Positions 14,059 to 26,061 of a stretch of DNA of 64,000 nt are shown here, piece after piece. The notes beneath the pieces are model-generated. The model ran no database searches and was not told where the DNA came from. It saw only the letters and a program-made list of their open reading frames with translations. Position numbers and translations under genes: made by a program. Source of the DNA: Leptogorgia sarmentosa (lineage: Eukaryota); the NCBI GenBank assembly GCA_964658305.1, contig OZ210885.1, positions 24,304,001-24,368,000 of the forward strand, read 5' to 3'. Position 1 is the first letter of the stretch. Every line of letters begins with the position of its first letter.

Positions 14059-14387
14059 ACATAAATCTTTATATCAAAACTTATCTATAACAGAAATTGT
14101 CAGAAGTTACTTGTTAGAGTTTTTCAAGCTCTCACAGTACGGTCACAATTATGTGAGGGTATTTCCTCAAGGAATCTGTTTGATATTTTGTTCAGTTTTA
14201 TGTTAGCAATGACTAACGACAGTAACTAAAAATGTAAAGCTATCTACTGTAGAACAGATTGAAAGGAATAGAACCTTTCTACTTTTGACTGTTTTTTAAT
14301 TGTTCAGGTAAATTCTTTAACTGTCCATATATCATCTAAGTTACTAAGTAGGTAACTATACAAACTGTCTAAAATTTTGCGTGGGAC

Positions 14388-14751
14388 AATGGACCAATTG
14401 CATAATAGACAAAATTTTTAAAAAGTTCGAAATAGTACAATTCATAACAATAGCGTGAAAGAGCATCCCAAAATTAGTAAAATGGCTAAGTTTGGGTGCG
14501 AAATGTTGTAAAATACAGAAAATATGGCCGTGCGAAATTGGCAAATTTGTATAACGTGCGAAATGAGGTAACTAATTTAGTTAGCAATTCACGTACGTAA
14601 TACAAAAGTATACAAATGTTCCCTACTTTGCACGGTTATATTTTCCGTATTTTACAACATTTTGCACCCAAACTTTGCAATTTTACTAATTGTAATGAAT
14701 TGTACTATTTCAACTTTTTAAAAATTTTGTCTATTATGCAATTGGTCCATT
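14388..14751. mobile_element. Palindromic MITE
   Basis: aatggaccaattgcataatagacaaaattttt...aaaaattttgtctattatgcaattggtccatt, with long imperfect inverted arms. Confidence 0.8.
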
Positions 14752-14999
14752 AGAATTATTTAATAAAAAAAGACGTTATCCTTATTCCAAAAGTGTTATT
14801 CCTTTCAGATATATAGCCTATATTTTTTTTAACATATTAGGCGTACAGACACGATTTTCCAGGGGGGGGGGGGCTGAACTTGCCTGGATGACGAATGACG
14901 TCATTGAACATTGCCTGTGTACTTAACCACTTATGCACTATTGGTTCTACAATCAAACTGATTCTATCACATGACACCGAGGTAGGAGATTCCATGAAA

Positions 15000-17225
15000 T
15001 AGCACAGCGCATGCGCAGGTTCATTGCAGTGTTGTGTGGGTTCAAGAAGAATGTAATTTTACGTCTCCGACTTGAATAACCAAAGAAAGCGTCTGTGCCT
15101 AACGCGTGTTAACACAGTTGACACCGATTTAAAGCTAACTAGGTTGACACAACCTCCTCAGTAGCAATTTGAGCCCAACAAAGTTGGAGTTCACGCTCGC
15201 GAAGCACCAACGTAGTTGGTTCTGTTGACAATAATTCGAAGTGGGCCAAAGCCTGCCCAATGCGGCAGAGGCCTCCTCATCTGTGTTCGCAGAACTAATG
15301 AAAGAGATGAGAGGGATCAATGATAACATTACACTGATGCACAAGGACATCAATAACCTTGTGGTTGTGGACAATGCTGCACCGATGTCGGATGCCGAAG
15401 CCAGTGGTGATGATCATGGCGGGCACGACAACAACTCAGAGCGAAATGAAGTGAAATGCAGACACTGGCTGTGTGCCCCAAAAAAGTTTGTCCGTCACAG
15501 TCAGCCACGCCTGGTACAACAACGATAGTCGACGGTTCCAGCCCTACCAACGCCCCAGACGGAGTCATTTTTTAGACTGGGGGTTGAGGCCAGGGGCTCA
15601 GGAGGAAGAAAGATGGCCAAACAACGACCAAATAACTGAGGTGACTTTGATTCCTGCTAGTTCCGAATGTGTAATGCCAGGCTCAACTAATATCATGCCA
15701 ACACAGTTGGCCGGCTGCCTCAAATATTTTAGCACCTGTTGGGAACAACTCACTTCTGATTCAATAATTCTGGAATATGTAACGGGAGTAAAAATTGAAT
15801 TCCAACATGGCACACAGCCTTACCAACACAAAGTGTGAGCCTGTAAATTTAATGCAGTGGAACAGGCCATTGTAGAATCTGAAATTCGGAAATTAGCAGA
15901 AAAAGGGGTAATTATACCTAAAACACACCATATACATTATACACACCATATTAAACCTAAAACAGTTTAATGAATTTGTGCAGTACAAACACTTTAAAGT
16001 GGACACATTAGATGTGGTTATTAAATTAATGAAGCCAGGTTGCTACATGGCTTCCATTGATTTACAGGATGCTTATTATACCCTACCGGTTCACCCAGAT
16101 CATCAAAAGCTCCTCAAATTTAAATTCCACGACACATTGTATCAATATACATGTCTACCTAACGGGCTATCAAGTGCCCCTCATATATTCACTAAACTGC
16201 TGAAACCAGTTTACTCAACACTACGTCGTGTGGGACATGTAATATCTGGGTTTATTATATACACAAGTGCTGGATATGAGCTATTTTGCAATCTGATTGG
16301 TTCTCTACTAGCAGGATATTAGCTCATATCCTGCTAGTACAGAAATGTAAACAAAATGGCTGAAAGAGCGAAGCCGGAATTGAAGTTTTCAACAGTTAAA
16401 AACGTCTTTGCGACCGATTAAAAGAATAAAATTCAAGAAGTTTAGTTGTAAATGTTTATTGTGCAGTTTTGAATCTGGAAAACCGGACTCGACGCTGTAA
16501 TATTGACTCGAGTTGGATCGCTTGTTGCTGTTTGTTGACATTTTACAATGGTAAAATTTGTGTTGTACATTCAAATGCAGAAAAATACAGATGAAAACTG
16601 CTGAAATTTAAAACTAGCTAGTATAGTTTAAACGAAACGTCAAACAAAACGCTGTGCTTTTTGGTGTGTATTCATCAAGTAAAACTGTTTTTGTAAATAT
16701 GTCGATTTCAAAGCGATAGAACACTTTGCAATTATATTCAGTTATTAACTAAAATACAAATAAATTTGGAAGTTGTTTTTGTCCAGCACTTATGTATATA
16801 ATAAAACAGTTATTCTGCTCACTCTCATCGTATATATCAGCGCATATACGACTCGAGTTCGCAGAATAACTGTTAAATATCGATGATTAATACCTTCAAG
16901 GGGACACTTATGATGAATGTGCCCAAAACGTACAGGCTAGTTCCAAACTAACTGAGTTGGGTTTTCTAACCCACCCAGACAAGTCTCACTCCATGCCTGC
17001 CTGCCTGCCTGCCTGCCAGGAGCTGGTGTTCTTGGGATTTACTCTTAACTCTTTAACCATGACTATTTCACCAACACCCCATAAGGTGGAGAAAACCATA
17101 AATGTGTGCTCTTGTTTGTTGAGCAACACTAGCCCCACCATTACACAAGTAGCTGAAGTTATTGAATTTCGAACTTTCCTGGTGTAAATCTTGGGCCTTT
17201 ACATTACAGAGCCTTCGAATTGAAT
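15000..17225 (+). mobile_element. Degenerate DIRS retrotransposon fragment (gag end + RT)
   Basis: AGCLKYF..WEQLTSD, HFKVDTL, MASIDLQDAYY, CLPNGLSSAP.IFTK, LGF...PDKS and FLGFTLNS. Confidence 0.8.
16254..16878 (+). mobile_element. Non-autonomous Helentron/Helitron2-like (DINE-type) element
   Basis: Subterminal inverted repeat ttatatacacaagtgctgga / tccagcacttatgtatataa and 3' hairpin aacagttattctgc..gcagaataactgtt. No TSD. Removal restores RT ISGFIDD. Confidence 0.65.
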
Positions 17226-17342
17226 TCGATTTCTCGTCGTCGCCATTATGTGGAATTTGCTTCAACATTTTTACATGGCAATGGCATCTCACGAAGCTAA
17301 CCCAGTAACCACTACCAGGTATTTATAAGTTTCATACTTCTA

Positions 17343-18731
17343 CAGTGGGGGTCATGAGTCTGAGTCCATTCGATATTTGTTCTGCATTTACGATAAATAG
17401 TATCTTATAAGTTGGGAAATTACATATGATTATCTCAACATGCGCATTATATGCTGGCAATGCCTCCCACATTTTCTCTAGTGATGTTTGTGATATTTAA
17501 GTTATCATAGTAATCCGAATTACCCAGACTGTGTTCCTGGTGTACAAAGATGCCAAAAGAACTGAGTGAAGGAACAAGAGGTCAAATCATTGCACTGAGC
17601 AACGAAGGGCTGTCACAACGCAAGATTGCGGAGAAGATAGAAGTGTCAAAGGGTGCTGTACAGCGAACGCTGGAAAGGTTTAGAGAATCAGGTTCCTATT
17701 CTACCAAACAAAGATCTGGGGGGCCAAGAGCTACGACCAAGAAAGAAGATAGATACCTTAAGATAGCATCCTTACGTCACAGAATGGCTACAGCTGGGGA
17801 AATCCAATCAACATTTAATGCAACACGAGTGAATCCAATAAGTAAATCTACAGTTGAACGCAGACTGGTTGAATGTGGTTTGAACGGACGAGTTGCAGTT
17901 TCAAAACCATTGCTGAGAGCTCAAAATAAAAGAAAACGATTGTTATGGGCTCGAAAATTCAAAGGCTACACAAAAAAGGATTGGGAGAATGTTCTTTTTA
18001 CCGATGAATCCAAATTCGAACTATATGGAAATAAGCGGCGGATTTACGTTAGACGTCGCAAGAATGAGAATTTCTCAGTTGTTGCATCAAACCGACGGTG
18101 AAACATGGTGGTGGGAACATTCAAGTTTGGGGATGCTTCAGTTACAAAGGTGTTGGCGATCTCTATAAAATTACGAACAATATGGAAAAAAAACAATATC
18201 ATTCAATCTTACAAAGACATGCCATACCATCTGGATTAAAGTTGTGCGGCAAGGGTTTTGTGTTGCTGCAAGATAATGATCCAAAACACACGTCTCATCT
18301 CTGCAAGAACTACTTGAAGAGAAAAGAGGAAAAAGGAGTTTTGAAAGTTATGGATTTCCCTCCTCAATCTCCAGACCTAAATCCGATTGAGAATTTATGG
18401 GATCACTTAAAGCGAGCGAAAGTAAAATATAATTCCACGAGTAAAGACAAGTTGTGGGATGTCCTAAATCAATGTTGGAATAACATTACGCCAGCAGTTC
18501 TAAGGAAACTTGTTCACTCCATGCCAAATAGAGTTAAAGCTGTTTTAAAGGCAAAAGGAGGTCATACAAAATACTAGGATGACGTTAGTTTGACACAAAT
18601 CGTATAACGTCTTTTAATGTTCATGTGTTATACCGTTTGTGTGCACTTGTGTTGTGTTGAGGAAAATGTATTGAAAAATGCAATTCAACACAAAATCATA
18701 CTGACTGGACTCAGACTCTTGACCCCCACTG
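17343..18731 (+). mobile_element. Tc1-family DNA transposon, DD38E type, 26-bp TIRs, TA TSD
   Basis: TIR cagtgggggtcatgagtctgagtcca / tggactcagactcttgacccccactg (1 mismatch), with TA on both sides. Confidence 0.95.
17550..18577 (+). pseudogene. Tc1 transposase with one frameshift near 18070-18100
   Basis: Paired-like HTH, FTDESKF, KHGGG..VWGCF, QDNDPKH, SPDLNPIE and AKGGHTKY. Confidence 0.92.
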
Positions 18732-21700
18732 TATATTTACTATTTATTCGCCTCCCGACTGTTACTAATTTGCAATTGAAATAGTTTACACTGTTTCATT
18801 TATATTCTATAATTGTTTACAGATTGCCAGGTTCCTTGGGGTTTCAAGACCAACTGTATACCGGATGATGTGTGATACAAACATAAACCCAGCTGCTCAA
18901 TACACAAGAATGTCTGAACGCAAATTGGACCAAAAAATATCCAATATAAAGATGATCACCCTGATATCGGACAAGTTATGATAGCAGGTCACCCTCAGTG
19001 CACAAAGCATAAAAGTGAAAAGGTCTGATTTGAGAGCATCACTCCTAAGAGTAGACCCTGAAGGTGTTGCCGACGGACACGTCTACACCATCGCATATAT
19101 GATAATCCTAGTCCAAATTATGTGTGGCACATTGATGGCAACCACAAATTAGTTCGTTGGGGGTTTGTTATTCATGTGGCGATTAATGGATTTAGTAGAC
19201 TAGCGACGTTTGCCGAAGCCTCTAACAATCTTTCTGTCACTGTTTTTGGATATTTTCAAACAGCAGTTGCACAGTTTGGTCTCCCTGCCTGTGTGACATC
19301 AGACCATGGTGGGGAAAATGTCTTGGTATGGCGGCACATGGCAGCTGCTAATGGTCCAGATAGCGCGATTGTTGGTAGCTCCGTACGTAACCAATGTGTA
19401 GAAAGGTTTAATCTGGATATTAATACCAATGTGACGAGACAGTTTTCCGCACTCTTTTAAATGCACCAAATGAAACTGACTTATTCTGTTTGCAATATGT
19501 CTATCTTCCAAGAATTAACAGAGTTTTGCATCAATTTATAGCAGCTCACAACAACCATGCCATTTCCAGTGAAGGGTCTGCAACGCCACTGCAACTATTT
19601 CATGCACATCAGCATTTGACCGAATTGTACAGTTCATGTGTTCACAGCGTTCCTAATCCAGTATTAAAACGTACAGAGCCTACTCAATAATACTGAGGAC
19701 CTCCCATATGTTGATGTTCCAGCCAGACCTTGTCCGTTGGCACCAGAGAAATTTGCGGAATTGCGACGTGTAGTGGATCCAATGAGTCAATCGTCGTGCT
19801 TTCCCCACAAACAAGAAAATTATATGTTGTATAACACTATACCGCATTCAACTCACAAACCTGTATTGTGGTGTCGATATGGGTTCATTAATTATGTCGA
19901 TTTCATCATTTGGAATGGCAGCAACTTCGCTATTCCGACTGATGACAACTGAACTTTCGTCGTTTTCTTCCTCAGTCTTCAAAAATTGGAAAAAAAACTA
20001 TGCTAAATATTCATTGCCATAATATCATAGTCCTCTTTGCTGCTACTAAAATGTGTTCAATATGCATGATTTGTTTTGTGACACCTTTGGGAATTGAATT
20101 GGCTTTCCCAAAGTGTCCCGACGCACATTCATACCTTGCTCCCTTATGCTTGAATGGCACAAAAAACATGTCATTCAATAGCCGAGACCCTGATCTTTAT
20201 GACCATGCAACAATTATGTTCATACACCCAGTAATTAACGCACAATGGCATGCCAAAGTTCGATTACCTTTTTTTTGAGACACCCTGTATACGCAACCCT
20301 AGTGATGTGTAGTGCATTTAGGTTGCTTATACTCGAAAAAGTGACCCAGTTGTTTGGCTTTTATTTCTATTCACCCTACCCCAAGAGATATCCAAGGATA
20401 GTGCAAAGTTTCTGCGAAAATATCGAGCTAAAGCTGATGTTAGTTACACTGGAAGATTTTTGACGCTCGACAGCCTGCCCTGTTGCGGTGCGAATTGTCG
20501 TTAAGGTTACTTCACACTATGAAGGTTGATTTTTTTACTTTTTATGTTTTTACATAGTTATATTATAGACATAAGTACTGTATCTATCATATTTCGCAAT
20601 TTTTTAAATAAAATATTGAAATGCGACAGAGATATAGAGAAATGCTTTTTTCTGACATAAAAAATTGTGCGAAAGTTTTAATTTTGATAGACACATACTG
20701 TCATTCCGGCATAGCGCAAGGTGTTATCCATAATTTGAAGGTGTGAAGTATACCGAGTTTTGGGACAAGCTTTTTTTCGGATATACGATATTACACAGCA
20801 CTGCATATTTCTCAAACATTATTTGCATGCTGAATATAGCGACAAGTCTAAAAGAAAAGGCGCAAAGTGTAAAAACGAGTCTCGTATAGCATGTATTTTA
20901 TCCAAATTTCAATGCCAAAACACCTTGTCAAAACTTAACGAGGTATACCAAACCGCGCATTATGATTGGTTCCATACCGGAGGTGTTAATTAAGAGGGTG
21001 GAGAGGCTGATAAGTAGCTAAAAACCCTGCGAAACATTAATCCATCTTTTACAGCAATTGAAAATACTGCAAATTTCCTTTACAAAAAGTAAAATAAGTT
21101 GACAGTGTGAACAAATTGTTCCAAATTTTTACAGGACGTTAAACAATATCTGTGCAACAAAAATGTGTTCACGTTTGATTTAATGAAGTACTTTCTTATT
21201 TCCTGCACCTTGTATTGTCAAAAACACAACATCAACTTTGATGTTCTCCAGGGTGTATCAAAAAAAACTTCACTGATGAAAAAAATTCTCTAAACTAACG
21301 AGCGCTCAAAATTTCAAAAACTTTTGGTTAGCATGGGTAGTTTAACACCCTCTGGTATATCTAGCACTAAGTTTATTTTAAAAACAAACTTTTTTAGAAT
21401 GGGAAATGTGGTTACTGAAAGGCCCATTAAAAACGGCTTGTGCGGAAAAAATACGTTTTCTTCACACAATTTGATTTAATCAGATGAAAATATGGAGTAT
21501 GATATACAAGCTATTCAAGTTTTGAGAAATTTGGTGCACGCTGAGACGAACACACGATGTCCGAAAACTGGATTTTGTGTTCTTTCCTGCGTGATACCTA
21601 TTAATTTATGCATAATTGGATATTTGCATCAATTACCAATGCAAATTGCAAGCTAAATGCTATTCTGTCTCCTGGTGCTACATTAGAGATTTCAATTTCA

Positions 21701-23737
21701 CAAGCGATTTCTACGAGATGTTAGTAACCGTGTGGCCGCAAACTTTCCGCAGCGTTTCAGGCAGATGTCTATTCACGAACGGGAAATGTTGCAAACACTG
21801 TTTTTACAGAACTTCAGACTTAGTGGCGTATACTCCTGCATGGCCGAACACGCAGACATGCGGCATGCGAGATTGTAAAAAAATCGCGATCTTTTTGCAT
21901 TCTTTTGGCGATCCAAGTTTTGATGCTTCTAATTTTATTGCATTTTAACATTCAATAATATAGCTGGAAGACCGCATTTCTATGTTTCCTTATCATCCTC
22001 GTTAATATATAGTTCCCCGTTATATTTTCAACTTTTATCGTTAAGTATACATAGTTCCACCAAAATATAACGTAAAAAATTCGATCTTAAAAACGCGAAA
22101 AACTTCGTAATTTTGTTAAATCTCACATTTTCCACTGTTGTTTCCGACTGTTATTTGAAAAAGTTGTTACGTTATATTTTTGATGATTGAATTTTTCGTT
22201 TGGAACTGTATTTTTTGTTTTTTATTGTTGTCAGCAAGCGCACCACATCGAATATTACGCAGACCAGTTTTAGTTTTTATTTGCTCTCTTCTCTCTGCAT
22301 GGGTTCCCCTTTCACACTTATTATATGTAGTTTAATTATGAAAAAAAGGATGCGAAAGTCCAACTTAAAGACATTTCAAATAAACAATCATTCTGGACGA
22401 CCAAAGCCGACCCTTTTCTCTCAGGGTGGCAGACATAAAAATACACACTACACAGACAAAAAGACGCCAATGTAACACTGTAAGAAATTCTTACGGTGCT
22501 TCAAAGTTCATTTGACGCCAAACATTCTAGCGAATAAAACTGGCATTCCTAATTGTTATGATATAGAGCTAATCAGTTACAGAAGGATATTTATAAAAAG
22601 TCAAGAGGATTTACAAAATCACTATACTATAGAGTAGAGGTATTTTCACTTTCAGCATTATCTTTTGTTTAAATGTCAGTTTGTTCAATAGTCAATTTTC
22701 CATAGATATGGAAAGTGATAGTAAATAATCAGCCCGCAGCTCTGATGTTTGAACATGAATTTTTGTCAAAACAACATCATTATTCACTGCTTGTGTTCGG
22801 GCTTTCAAAACAAGTAGTACAAGTTCTGCAGACATTGCCATAACAATAAATTTTATATGCCTAATTCCTGATTTTTTAGTTAGGATAAATGAATAAACGG
22901 TAAAATCCATTCTTTTAATAGCTCAAGCACACGAAAATAGAGAGAATCTAATCGTCGCGGGTTGCGGATTTTTGTCGTGAGTCGCGGATTTTTGCGGTCA
23001 AGAATTCGAATTCGGGTTGAAAATTTTTGTCGCGGCAAATTAAGTTCGGCACATGAAAAGTTCGACGTCTGAAACGGGCCTTAATAGTGTCCTGAGGTAT
23101 ATGTTCACAGGCAACATACATTTAGAAAACTTTACCACGACAAAAATTTTCGACCCGCGACATAGGCAGCCCAGTGATCTGGGGTTTTATTATGTTAACT
23201 TAGGTTGAATAGGGCTATTTCATCATCCTTAGTTGTTTTTATGCGTGCGCCGACAATACGGTCACTCGCGTATGTAATTAATAGTATAATAATTGTCAGT
23301 TATTGCTGCCGCAGCGAGCGAGCCTGAAGCGAGCGAGCAAGGCAGCAGATCCTAATTTTGTCTTGTGGATCGAAATCAAAATTTTCTATTGGCGCATTGC
23401 ATCACGGTACCAGTGAATTTAGGGTGTTCGACCCGCATTTGCAGGACTTCTCTCAACTGTAAATTCTTCCCGTTTCGTACAGTGACAACAGTATACGAAT
23501 GGCCGGCACGGCCGCATGGATATTTTTTATAATCCATTCCAATCTGATCACAGGTTTTAACACAAAGTTACCGTTGTTATTTAAGACGACAGTTCCTCAA
23601 TATTATTGCTATCGTGTTGTGTGTGTGTGTTTGTGCGTGTCTGGAAAACACTAGGGCAAAGCAAGTTCTTGCGGGCTAAATATTACAAAATGGCGGCTGG
23701 TATAGGCGCGAGCTAAAGAGTGGTGATGCGTTTGATC

Positions 23738-24607
23738 CATAGATATAGGAAGCCTAGATTGCTGACTCCGTAGGAAATGTGTGGCAACTTTTGAAAATCC
23801 AAGATGGCTGCTCAACCGGTCAAATTAATAGGAGCTAGTATAGGGAAAACCATGTTTTTCGCATTTTACGACCGCATAACGTTTCCGATCACGTTCTAGC
23901 ACCATTTTTTGGAAATAACTGCCCGTGCTGAATGTTTTGGATGAAAATTGAGCAATTTGAATGGAATTAACCCCGAAATAATCGATCGTAAAGTGCTGCC
24001 AAAACAGTCACTTGACTTCGTTCGAGACATTTCAGGTCAAGAATGAAGCTTTTGGATAACTTTGAGGTGTTGGAATATTCTATAGGACTTCTGTGAAAGA
24101 TAAGAAATAGAAAGCGGCGTGTTGGGAGAGAAACAGGAAGCGATTTGTCGTCCACAATTCTCACTGTATATTTAGTCGTCGTTTCGGCGACTGAGTTGTC
24201 CGTGAAGGGAATTCATCCAAGAGGCCAAAGTTTACAAAACATATTCTTTCTGGCAACGATTAGTTGAACAAAAATAAGTTAGTTTACCGGTTGATAGGCT
24301 CGAACGTCTTAAAGGAACAAAGTGACTGTTTTGGCAGCACTTTACGATCGATTATTTCGGGGTTAATTCCATTCAAATTGCTCAATTTTCGTCCAAAACC
24401 TTCAGCACGGGTAGTTATTTCCAAAAAATGGTGCTAGAACGTGATCGGAAACGTTATGCGGTCGTAAAATGCGAAAAACATGGTTTTCCCTATACTAGCT
24501 CCTATTAATTTGACCGGTTGAGCAGCCATCTTGGATTGCTCATGTTTGCCACATGCGTCAGCATATAATTATTCTACAGTCAGCAATCTAGGCTTCCTAT
24601 ATCTATG
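23738..24607. mobile_element. P-element-like MITE with long TIRs and 8-bp TSD
   Basis: gtttgatc|catagatataggaagcctagattgctgact ... agtcagcaatctaggcttcctatatctatg|gtttgatc; arms ~280 bp. Confidence 0.9.
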
Positions 24608-25815
24608 GTTTGATCACTTTGATCGTGGATTTTATTTCGCATGAATAACCAGATAAGAAGAAAATATAATGGCCGCAGCGACAAGTGTTAATTTTTAAGC
24701 ATTTACGTTTTTACAACACTATTTACTAGGGAAATTTATACGCAAAAAAATCATGACGCAAATTATACATTGGCACCGCATTGCTGATTGCTTTTGATGA
24801 TATCAAAGAGGTTTGCTATGGAATTTAAATCATCGAAGCAAAAATATCATGACGCAAATTATGCATTGTATTACCTTGAACACAGCGAATATTTAAGGTT
24901 ATGAAAAAGGTTTATGTCTTGACACAACACACAATTGCGCATATATTTTCCCTACGATACTTTAGCGTGTCGGCACTGTACATGCATGTTTGGACTGCCC
25001 ACGGTGTCATCGTGATCACGGAATATCTACTATATTTTGACGCTTCGTCATAGAGAATGGTTGAAGCATTCAATCCAGGAAAATAGATTTTGTAGCTTGT
25101 AATAAAACGGGTTTGTGCGTTTATTAAGCGCGAGACAAAACAAACGAAATCATATATAGTTTCAAGTATTCTATTCTGAACCTACACGCATAGCGTCTAG
25201 GCAAATGCTGCATGAATGGACAGAATATACTGTATATAAATTTATCATTATTATATGGTTTTGAAAAGGGTAATTTGGTTTTTAGAAAGCCACATTTTTC
25301 ACAAACAATCGCATTATCGCGAAGCGCTGTCTCTATTTTAAAGACACAATAACATGAAATGCGATATCATATGTCGTCAATTTCAATTCCTTACGCAATC
25401 TGAGATGATCGCGCGAATTCCGGAATGCGAGATAGTCATGAAAGCTTATATCAAGTATTGAATACGTCTCACGTTTTAACCACGCACAACCTCACGTCTT
25501 GAAAGGAATTAGTATTTGCGCTATTCGCCTATTCCCCAGCAGTAAACCATTTTATACATGCAAGATCGTGTATAAGGAACAGATAAGATGCGTGCATCGA
25601 AAAGCCGAAAACAAATAAGATTTGATCACCGTTGGTAACCAAGCTACATAGGCGCCGATACATGTACACTTTGTGTACCTATTTTTATGTTGATAAAGAG
25701 CTATTAAAGTCGATTCATACAAGTAGACCGACAAAACGGTTAGGCAAAAAGACCTAAACAAGAACAGTGTAATATTTATACGGTTTTTATCGCAACTGTT
25801 CCCGTTTAGATCTTA

Positions 25816-26061
25816 CAGGGGGAGGACAAAAAAAGTGGCCCTCGATAAAAATTCAGTTTTTACTGAAAAACATCTCTCTCAAGTAATCGGGAATGCAAAC
25901 CCCGTTTGGTTTGAGTACGACCTGAGCAAAATGTTAATTTTCATTGTTCATCTTAGTTTATTGTTCATCTAAGTTTATTTCTTTAAATCTGCAAGGTTGT
26001 GGAGCTTGCCGCTTATAAACCGAATTGTTCTGGGGGCCACTTTTTTTTTGTCCACCCCCTG
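25816..26061. mobile_element. Tc1/mariner-type MITE with TA TSD
   Basis: ta|cagggggaggacaaaaaaagtggccc ... gggccactttttttttgtccaccccctg|ta. Confidence 0.85.

Larger units (their letters stand above)
17228..19790 (+). mobile_element. Intron-containing IS3-like DDE integrase/transposase (IS3EU-type), pseudogenised
   Basis: HTH IARFLGVSRPTVYR follows the acceptor at ~18822. Catalytic motifs WHIDGNHKLVRW, TSDHGGEN and RNQCVERF; also YVYLPRIN and HNNH..S.E...TP.QL. Confidence 0.75.

Noticed and set aside
19790..21300. Orphan Tc1-like ends (gagacaccctgta ~20290; cagggtgtatcaaaa ~21249)
   Set aside because: Unpaired ends; element boundaries could not be defined.
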